A stretch of 64,000 bases of DNA. Source: Laetmonice hystrix (taxonomy: Eukaryota). Of the stretch, positions 53,622 through 64,000 are shown one piece after another. Each line of letters starts with the position of its first letter. Position 1 is the stretch's first letter. A program made the position numbers and the translations under genes. The stretch spans positions 14,200,001-14,264,000 of the forward strand of contig OZ249436.1 in NCBI GenBank assembly GCA_965235115.1, written 5' to 3'. Below the pieces are notes generated by a model. That model was not told the DNA's origin and searched no databases. It saw only the letters and a program-made list of their open reading frames with translations.

Positions 53622-55798
53622 TTAAAGTGGAAATCTACTATAGACCAAGATATGGGTCTTGAATTAGTAGCCAAATCTGCCACTCTGGTCAATAGGACTG
53701 CAAATGGTAGGTACCGCGTAATTTGCTGAGAAATACGACTCGTCGGAAAGATAAAAGACCGCCTGAATTAACACAAGAGATAGTCAACAGTGATTCCACT
53801 TCTTCGTGCTGCCATGCCCAGGAGCTAACCCGAGAAAGGTCAGATGTGTCAGACTTGGCAGCACGCTTACAAATGTGGCCACAGACGTCCAGCAGTCGTG
53901 GCATGTATCTGAAAGGCTTTTTGAAGTGTACTGGACGGGTGTGGAAATAGGGAAAGGGTTCATCTGTACAGTGGCTACCCCTGCCGAGTGATCAGGTTGG
54001 GTGAGGTGGTGAAAGGTTGTCGATGAAGGAGGAGGTTGGCTGGGTGTACCAGCTGGAGAAGGCCTGTCTTGGCTGGAGGCGGCAAGGCAGTGAGTCTGAT
54101 CGGAGGAGATTGAGCAGGCTAGAGGAGGAGAACACCAACACGTCGTGAGCTTTCTACATCACCACACTCGTAAACTGCTCCGACATCTGCCAGCTTCACC
54201 CTGCATGGCTCACCTCGCTTCCCTCTCACCGCCCTCAGCCGGGACGGGGTTCAACTCTTATTTCTGTGCCCTTTCTCAACTAAGAAAAGGCCCCGTCCTT
54301 TTGGGATTGGTTTTATGGCATGCAAATTAAATAGGAGGGAATAGAAATCGTAATCATTGCTCGTCTACATTTGTATTTTTTCTGTATTATTTTCTGATAA
54401 TAAGGGCGGTTGTTTTCAAGCAAGGCATCGTTTTAAGGATGCTGGAAGTTGTTTTGGGTGAGAAATCATAGTTTACTTTATGTGACATAATTTCTGTGGA
54501 CTTCTGGGTCTCACAGTATTGGCGACCGAGGTCAAGGCACGTTACCTCGGCAGTTGAACTCCACAATGGAATGTCACTTGGAATCGCCGTTGTTCGAATC
54601 GCCATGAACACGTGGAATATGTTTCCCCCTGTGAGCAGGCAAGACTCATCCCATGCTCCAGATTTAGATATATTTTACCTGTTAAGGCACTCAGTTTGGC
54701 AGACATCCAGTGAGCAAGTAGAGTTGGTGGTAGCGGATCAGTAAAATGACCGGCCAGGTTGTCCCGGTGGATGGGAAACCTGTGATACCTAATCTCCTAT
54801 AACTGGGCTCACATATGGTGGGCTCTGTGGCAAATCATGCTCACTAAGACATCTTAGGAACGAAACTAACCTCAGCGAAATATCAAGTCAGCTTGGAAGA
54901 GATTGCCTGGGAACATATTCCTTCTGGGGCTTGATGGTGATACGGCCAATGGTCAACAATGGGTGATACTGCTTTCATCAAATACAGGATCTATGTGGTT
55001 CTGAATACCTACTGACGGAGGTTCACCCAATGAGGACATAAAAAACGTATCGAAACAAACTGATCCTCGCTCCTCCCTGGTCACCAGAGATTGTGACGAG
55101 CGTTTATATAACAACTTCATTGGAGTATAGAACTGCATAAAGGGGGCCAAGTGGGAGCTCACGCGAAATCTATACAGCGGCCTTGTAAGGAGTGCATTAT
55201 TATCATCTTTAATATGTCCGGATGGAGGGAGTAATAAGGCCTTCGTATATAAGAATTATAAGGTCGCCCGGTGCGGGTGAGCTTTATAGTAGGTTCGTCG
55301 TGGACGACTTCAATACAAAAGATAACCTTCAAGGAGGTATAGAGCCCGGTTATGTGAAGACTGAAGATCGTGGCTGGTTGGATTGGCAACAGCGGGTATT
55401 GTCAGCAGCCGTGCTTCAAAGACTTGAACTGAAGATACTTTCCAATATCCAGGAAGATGGGTTCCTGAGTGGTATTGTCTGGGGAATAGGATTCCTCCAG
55501 CTCCGGAGGTGAACGGAGAATGCATTGTTAAGGGCTGCAGCCCCAGGTCATACAGTATCATAACGCATGCCTTCCAAGAGAATTCATTACATGTTCATGT
55601 CACGGTTATCCACCTTCAATATGCTACCCCGCCCTCGCTACAAAATAGGTTGGTTTGGTATACATATGTTTACTAGACTGTTTAGTTTAATAGATAATAA
55701 ATTTTTATTATATATATTTTATGTATCCAACGAACGTCAAATAAATAATAAATATCTGACGTCCAGGGGTAAGAGATGCTTTGTTGATTTTTTGATAA

Positions 55799-56140
55799 AG
55801 CCTGCCGCACAAGTGGAGATTTTTGTCGCCGGAGACAAAAGTCGTCACTTGTTTCATAACCCCCGCACACTAGGGACGAGTGCGCAGACGGTCAGCGCTG
55901 ATTGGTCAATGGAGGGAACGTGTTTCTTGTCTCCGTCGCCAAACCCCGCACACGCTGCGACTATTATTGGAGTGGAGACAGATATCAAACATGTTTGATT
56001 TTTGGAAACAGTCTCCGGCGACTGTTTCCAGTTGTCGCCAGACCCCGCACACGTTGCGATTGACCCCCGCAGACGCTGCGACAAGTGGGGATTTTTGACG
56101 TTTTGTCTGGCGACAAAAATCTCCACTTTCTCTGCGCTGT
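55799..56140. mobile_element. Harbinger-like MITE, about 340 bp
   Basis: Perfect 20-bp inverted core AAGTGGAGATTTTTGTCGCC (55811-30) and GGCGACAAAAATCTCCACTT (56109-28). Internal CCCCGCACAC repeats. Outer right end degraded. Confidence 0.72.
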
Positions 56141-59100
56141 CGGTCTATTAAAGATCAAGTATTGCTAGTACTGTTAGTATGTCATCATATTTATCATAGT
56201 GAAAAGATCGAACTAAAGGTTTTACTATCGGTAATTTTTAATAAGGAGTAGGCAGGTGATTAATTAGCAAATTCAAAATTGGTCACATGATGAACTTATG
56301 CGATGCCTTCTGCCAGTCTGAGAGTCTCCTTTAGATTAATCAAGATATTTATATTTTCTACTGAAAGCCGAAGTCATTAACGTACTGGTAGTTAAAAAGA
56401 CACTTTGATAACTTCGGTCTCTATGTTCAGTGCGGAAATTGAAAGTTGGCATCTCCTGCACAGTAGCAGCCTTTGATCTCCCTAAAAGTTTCTATGGTTC
56501 CTTTTCACCGTGCAAGTAAAGAAGTGGAATGTTGGGAGGTTGAAAAGGGAGATTCACACATATATCCTCCCTTTCAATACAAAGTAGAGGCTAGAAAACT
56601 GATACTTCAGCTCCCGTTAGAAAAGGCTTCAGTTATCCCCTATCAGTTTCATCCGAGCAAATAGTATATTGCTGGTCCTTGAATAGTCCTTTTACTGCTA
56701 CCTTTATGGAAACCTTCTTCTATAAATGCAGTAATTTTTGTAGAGATTAGTGACACGTTTCTTGAAACATGGTAAAAAGGTGACCATTCCATTACACTGT
56801 TGTAAGGTTCCTTTCAGTCTGTTTTCAACGAACATACCTGTATGTGCCACTCAGCTTGTGCTATGATTTCTGGCTATACAAACAACAAGTAATGGTGTCT
56901 AAAGCTGTAGACTCTCAGTAAGGTGGAGGTATGTAGAACAATGATTGTCTGTGTCTGCATACCCTATTGTCCTCAAGTATTTGAATTAGATACAAGTGTC
57001 TCAGTTGGTGCACACAAAAAGTTTTGTGCACAAAAAGGAATGAATTAATGAAGTATTTAAAGAACGTCTGGGGACTATGCCATATATCAAACAGTCACTC
57101 TACAGCAGGCAGACAGACTGACAACGATTCTTTGATCAATTAATGCCAACTTAAACTCAAAAATCGCCCGTGACCTCTAACCTTTACAGACGAAACTCGC
57201 CACCAGTCAGACACCTTCCTTCGGGACCCTGACATTAACACCCCTGGAAACAACAGCTAATTTGTTCAACAAAGCACCAGTTGTGTTTCCATACTAAAGT
57301 AGTCGCATGGCCAATGTGCGGCGCAGTCAGATAGACACTTTTGGCTGAGTTTAGTGCCAAAATACCCGCCGGCAGTCTACAGCCTGCCTCGTCTGGGTTT
57401 TCAGTATGGCACTCTCTCAACCGTTCGATTGCAAATAGCAGGAGAGGGAAAACAAAGTAACAAGTAGGGAAACACACACATTGAGAGGGCCCGAGCTCCT
57501 CACATTGTTGGCTCCAAGTGAGTGTAAACTAACGGTTTATTTATTGCTCAGTTCTATCTGGTGTGTACTGATGCAGAATGTCGATTTTTTTTATTGACTC
57601 CTGGGAACATCTGATATGTCACCTGCATGTACTCGTTTCAACCCCGGCATAGTCCACAAAACCAATAGGCACCGGCAACCCCAAAAGGTATCGAGTTTAA
57701 CCCGAGGTATCACTGCTCTTCGCGCTACAATGCAAGTAGTTTTTGAGCCAACAGGGCCTATAGTCTCCATCCATCGTCGCTCCAAGTACAGGAGAACACT
57801 CGGCCTGTATTCTATAGGTGGAATACGACCCATATTTTCACGACTGATATAATTACTGATGGACATGTTCATGGTCATAAAAGACGGTTTATGTAACGGA
57901 TATCAGTTGAATATCAATAGGCCGGGCAGGCTCATGTGATAATATATGTAATCTCAAGATGTAGGAGCGTGGTGGAGCTGTAAAAGTTGGTACCGTTTCT
58001 CATTAAGCTCGGCTATGACAAACCCGTCAGTGCGGTGTGATCTAAATCAACCTTCGGTCTTTTGAAGACTCGATCACTGCAGGAACCCCAGCTGTGCCGG
58101 GACGCCGCCAACGAGATGGCGGATGAAGTCTGTCATCGCTGCACCTGTCACATCAGTAGAATCTTTGAATTATTCCACGAGCTTCTTCTCCTTCATTTAG
58201 CTTTTTTTCAAACGGTCTCCACAGGTTTGTTAGAAGGAGATGGTGTACTCTGTGAAGAGCGGCCACGTGAGTGAGGCCACAGAATGGGCACCCTGTATCC
58301 TAGGCAGAAGACGACCATGGTGAGGACTTCAATTTTTGCCTGTTTCTTTTATCACCATCATCGTCACCATCATCTTCGCCAACATCATTGTTGGTGCGCC
58401 GAGAGGACACTAGGGCCCATCACCCATGGAATGAACAGGTTATACGAGACGATTCTCGCCCTGAAGATGGCCTCTTACATTAAACCCCCAATCGCTTCCT
58501 CGCCCTGAGTGGTTAGAAGTGTCGCCATTCATGTACGGTGAGTCACAGATGGGTTGCCATTGCTGGCCACCTCAATCCCAACCCGTTACAAACCTTAGAT
58601 CTAGACCCATTGGGAAGACTTTATCCGACAATTTCCCCCGCTCTAAACGCCTGGGTCGTTTCTTAAATTGCGATATAGTATGGGGGTAATTGATCTTTGG
58701 GTTGACATGACAAGAGTATCCATGAGGGCGCTGGCTGGCCCAACCCAATCACACCATGACACGTGCTCCAGCAATGTCACTCAATATCAGAGTCGGGCAG
58801 TAAACCGCACTTGTGAAGGCTTGGCATGGAAAGGCGGAACAACATTAGGTAGAGGTCACAAGATTACCGATGTTTTGTGTGGCAGTTTAGCTCATTTTCT
58901 TCATAGAAATAGACTGGAACATGTCTGTTTTCTCCATACCAAGTAATGCATTCTTGAACAAAGCCGACACTGCTGGTTGGCATGCTTGCCTTGAACACAT
59001 GCTGGGTTACAAGGTGAGCGGCGGAGTACACAGAGATCGCATGCTGTGATAGACTTTAGCAATGATTGTTAGGCCCGCAGCATTGTAATCATTCCACCAG

Positions 59101-62100
59101 AAGGTAGGTGCCAATGGTGACAGGTATAGAACAAAGTACGTTTGTCAGTGATGTATCTCCTCCTGATGTGGGACGGTAGATAGGATCAGTTTGATCACAT
59201 CCAGGTGCTAACTCCATACAACCTACACGGAGCGAGGGACTGGTGACAGCGCCAGGCTGGCCCGTATTATGGCAGCCTCCGACTGGGGCAGGGCAGTTGA
59301 TCTTCATAAGGTGTAAAACTTTCCTGGATCCGGGCCCAGTGGAATGACGTACTGTTAACTCCTATTTGATCAACTCCCCATTCAGAATGAATAGATGAAT
59401 GAGAAGGTACGTAAATGCTGTCAGCCCCAGGGCCCTTCCATCATTTGTGATGATCTGAAACCACACTCCAACATGAACAGGGCCTGTATTACCACCAGAT
59501 AATGTTTAGTTAATGACTAGTTAAAGGTACTAGTACAGACATCCCTGCTTTATCAAGGAGTTTTAGTGTGAATACGGAAAGGACGTGAAGACTTTGAAAT
59601 GCTACATCATGTATTGTCTTAAGATGTGGGGTGTTTTATGGAAGGACAGGACGTAACCAATGTAGTGTTTCACATTGACGTGTGAACGTAGAGGTTAGGG
59701 CACATGTCATTGTCACAGTCAGCAAGTACTACGTGTCTCTGGTTGGCTTTTGTGTCCTTGGCCATGAGAGTCATCTTGTTGAAGAGATGTTGTATTTAAT
59801 AAATGACAGGGAACAAGCCCAGTGTTTCTCTATGCCACCAGAGGCGCTGTCCGCGTTTGAGGGTAGTTTGCTAAGTACCGGGAAGAGACATATCGGTGAG
59901 ACAAGAAACTAGATGAGATTTCGTGCTGGGAAACCATCATGCTGTTTGTATTATTTGCTTGTCAGAGTCTGAAAATGTTTTCAGCATTTGTGTGCAATAG
60001 TGAGGTATGCAAACAAAATACGTCGGCATAATCTGAGATTCCCAGCACGTGAAATGTTCGTCAGTCATCAGACGGGGACCCGATACGGCAGTGGTACATT
60101 CATGGTCGTCCCTCTTCAATCACCGTCTGCCCCACGTGTATGGGTGGAAACGGTCGCCCGCCCAATCCACCTGTATGGTCATGAGCCCACACCTCAAACC
60201 TCACAGTCTGGGAGATATTTTCTCCATATTCACTCTGGTCTTGGGTCAACTTTCGATTTCAATCAAAGCCTCTTAGATATTTACGAAGCTTTTTTTATCA
60301 GCCAATAACCACTTGTAAGTGAGAGAGGAAAAAGGTAAGAACCCGTTTTATGCTGGGCGTGTTTCAATAAAAGTTTGCCCATTCAAAGTCCAAAGATAAA
60401 GAAATGTAATTGCCCAGAACAGATTTTATTCACAGTAATTCTAATTGGTAAGCGGGCTCTTAAATGCGTCCTCCATCTTAGGAACCTTCAGCTTTTGATG
60501 TAAGCGTTAAATTTGTAGGGCACGTGAGTAAAGACATTCTAGCCAGGCAATTGGGACAAAAGGAGGTTAAGTTATCACCTGGTGCCGCTGTTCATGTCCC
60601 CCTTAGTTGGCACTGGAAGTGTCAGTAAGAGTGAGTAGGGGAGATTGTATTCATCATTTAATGATGAAACCCTGGCCGCTGTCAACAGGCATAAGGCAGG
60701 CAGGAGTGTGAGGGCCATCCCGGGAATGGATGGCGAACTGCTGCCTCATTCTCCGACAAGTCATCTCGTATTCATGCCTTCATGCTTCCCTGCATTGCAG
60801 ACTGTCCGTGCCATCTTTCAAAGACATTCTACTGTATGGAGATCAAAGTACACTTTTTGCTTGACGGCGTTTTTGCCCTCTTTTTCCTCAGTCGTGTCCC
60901 CGTGTAATTCCTGACTGATTACGCCTTCCCCTTTCATGGGTTTTTGTTGTTTTGCCATATACCACAGCCTGGTCTGGTCATCTGTAACCCGGGACGATCT
61001 CTCGAGAATATTCTCTTGTTTTGTGACTCGTCTTTAGGTTCTTATCGACATGGCGTGCTGCATACATTGTAATATCTACGATTGCAGCACCGTTTCACGT
61101 CCTATTCCCCGCTGCCCTGACCCTCCTTGTTTTCATCGGACCATAAACTAGGCGGCGTCATTTCATGGTAGCTGTTCAGCATGCGAATCGTGCATTGTAG
61201 GCCTACGACTGGCGGAGCATTGACTCTGTCTGATTCTGGCGGCGCGTGATAAAAGGACATCAGTTGTAGATGATCCCCCAGGACCGCTGCGCCCTAGAGG
61301 CACTGTCCCAAAGCAGACATTTATGCTGGCCACAGAACCCACGGCCGCAAGTAGGCCATCTTAGGGCTGGCTCATTATTAATGGACAACCAGCTTGCCCG
61401 AAGAATAAAATTTCCCGCCGTTGCCTGGTCGGCACTGTACTTATACTCTCTGTCCCTGATCCTTCCTGCCCCTGCTAATCAAACCTCCTGGAATTATCCA
61501 TTTGTCATCGAGACCTGTGGGTTTTACAATGCTTGGCTCTTCCTTTCCATGACTGAAAAGAAAAGAGATTGGGTGCGATAGGAAGTGGCATTGGAGTCAC
61601 TTTTGTGCAGTCACCTTATTTTTCAACATTCGTCTTTTCACTACTAAAAACAGAAAGACAGATTGTAGCCTGATAGCTTTCATGCTATGAATGTTGTGTT
61701 TAGGAGTTATTTCAAATGAGACACAAAGAGGGATAATTTCACGGGTAGCAGTCTTAATTTTTACACATAAAGGTAACACAGAGTCAGCCAACTGTAGCCA
61801 AGCATGCACCGTTTTCCACTTGTTCGCCCCCCCCCCCAAGTAAAACATATGCAAGCAGAGCATTCAGTATCTTTAAGGCCACTTTGACCCAGAATTTCTA
61901 GCCGCCAATCGAAATTGAATCTCTACAGAGTCATGTACACATGATTCAACAACACCGGAAAATGGCATGGAAAGGCAATTTGGAAGTCTCCCCTGTGGCC
62001 ATGACTCAATAAATACCAATCGTGTATCCAGAGAGGACAGCCCAGTACAGGTTAACTTTGGTCCAGACTGGCCATGTTATCGCACAGTCAGCTGCATCCG

Positions 62101-64000
62101 GCCCGTTTCTCCTCATGATTAGCCTGTCTTGGCCGAACTGTATTTTTAGGATACGGTTTTAGTTTCTAGAAGTCACCTTCATCGATTCTATTTCGTTCTT
62201 GACTCAATTAGGCATGGTTTAGCTAAGGTCTTTGATGAGCCCTGGCAGAACCTTTAGCCATCATTGTCAGTTGATTGGCTTTTCAAAGGGGGCCATCCTA
62301 GCCGCAGCACAATTTCAGTTGAAGATCCAGTTCATTTGGATGGGATTGCACCATCAAACAGTGGGGAGAAGGCAGCCTGACAGATTGTGATGGTGATGAG
62401 TGACCACGTCATGACGGGGTGCCAAGTGACCGTGGTGCCAACCATGGGCGGACGGTCCGGTAGATGGTCGGCCGTCTGTGGCCCGACCTGGCCCCGGCCT
62501 CACGGGCTCATCTTCTACAAACAACGCTCCCCCTGCTGTACGTATCGACATCATCTATTGACTCGGCCTGATGGCGGCTACAGTGCTGTCTGGTCATTCA
62601 AACAGTACCGACCCATCACTCTCCTCTATACGTTGGATGGCGTACGTGGTCATGTGGTTTGAGCAGACCCTGTGAGAGTTATAAAACTGCTGTAGGTGTT
62701 CAATATTTGTTATACAAAAGAGCTGGTTGATGAACAGTTCCCAGCCACACCGACTTGGAGCTGTTCTGCCAATACAGCGCCAGTCAGTGCTGTCAAGAGT
62801 TCACAAGAGGCCTGAAGATGGCCTGTATTGGTCTTCTTGGACGCACAACAGGCTGGGAATTCTGGCCTAAAGTGATAGGATGTCCCATTTCCAGACTGAG
62901 TAGGTTTCTCTGTCAAAGGCCCCGACAAGGTGCTTTGAGGGAGGTGCTGCAATGCTTTGCTTAGAGCACACCATTGGTCATATTGACACTGCCCACTTGG
63001 AGAGGGTCCACTGAGTGAGAGGAGTACCAGCACAGCTACCTTCTAATCATCCTTCTCAGCTCAACACTCTGCCAGGAGTTTTGGGGCAAGTGGGAAGGAT
63101 ATTCAAATTTCCTTGTTTCCTATTTCCCATTTCATGGTAAAAGTTTTTGCCCTAAAATGGTTCTGGGGATGTGTTATTCTGTGATGAGATTATGGCATGT
63201 CGGAGGACACAAGACTCGAGTCTGTTGGAAGGTTTGCCAGTAGTTGTTCCATAGAATAATTCGCGCTCCTTTAAGGTAGCTTTGCATAATCTTGCATGTC
63301 AACGATATAGAACGTGTTCTGACTATATGTTGGCAGTCCTACAGTACCGCAGGGCCATATGTCAGGTACCTGTAGAGGTCAAAGAATGTCAAATCGCAAA
63401 TATCTAATTTCCTGATTGCATCAATCAGGTAACCACCATGTCAATTACTTATCTAAATATTTTTCAACTTTCTGCTAATGGTCGGCTTCCATGGTGTGCT
63501 GTGAGTTAAGTAGCTTAGCAAGCATGGTCTCGGACCCAAAAAATCCATACCAATGCGTTCTTTACAGCTGGCACACGCAGGGTGACTGTTCTGACAGCCT
63601 GCTCAGCTATAATTACCTAATCAGTCAAAATGACCTGTCCGTAAAGGAAATGCCAATCTACACTGACGTCTTGTACAAAAGGTTTCTTTGAAAATATTTT
63701 TTGCACCCCGTCCGCCCTTTGAGGATGCCAGAAAATCCAGAAAGCAGAGGGGAAACTATTCGTGATCGGTGATAATGTTTCTTTCTACCTTATTTAAGCA
63801 GGCTATATAATGTTTCAATTGTTTTCAATGAAACAATTGGGGCCCATTTCACTAACGGGGGATGTCCCCCAGGCGAGGGAGAACATGCCCAGACACGGAA
63901 CTGGGTGGGACACTGACCATGGACTGATCATTGACCGCACACCCATCCACCCTGATTGGATGAAAGTGACGTCAGTGAATAAGTTCCCCTGGGCCGGCCA

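Noticed and set aside
55222..55512. Possible LINE endonuclease remnant (IIRSPG, VVDDFN resembling YRPP, GDFN)
   Set aside because: The motifs are degenerate and too closely spaced, and no RT region was recognised. It needs a translated profile search.

Overview
This is animal genomic DNA, not prokaryotic: no operons, rRNA, tRNA or CRISPR were seen, and nearly all listed ORFs are spurious or repeat-derived. A probable Meta-domain SINE suggests a mollusc or other lophotrochozoan (inference). The window appears to be mostly giant introns of one + strand ADAMTS-like gene (THSD4/ADAMTSL4-6 type). Its only clearly homologous exon is 45324-45528 (end of the Cys-rich module and start of the spacer). 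The most interesting signal is absent from the ORF track: a 63-nt segment at 11555-11617 encoding a signal-peptide-like MADTAGTVTVLLAVVLLTLLW. It is followed by a perfect phase-0 GTAAGT donor that would splice in frame onto that exon, resembling the short vertebrate ADAMTSL6-beta isoform as I recall it. The introns hold many non-autonomous DNA transposons (IS3EU-like, PIF/Harbinger, Kolobok, CACTA-like, CAG...CTG MITEs), including a 2-kb nested palindrome-within-a-palindrome. There is also a SINE, minisatellites and near-consensus CTCF motifs. I found no evidence for a wholly new multi-gene system.
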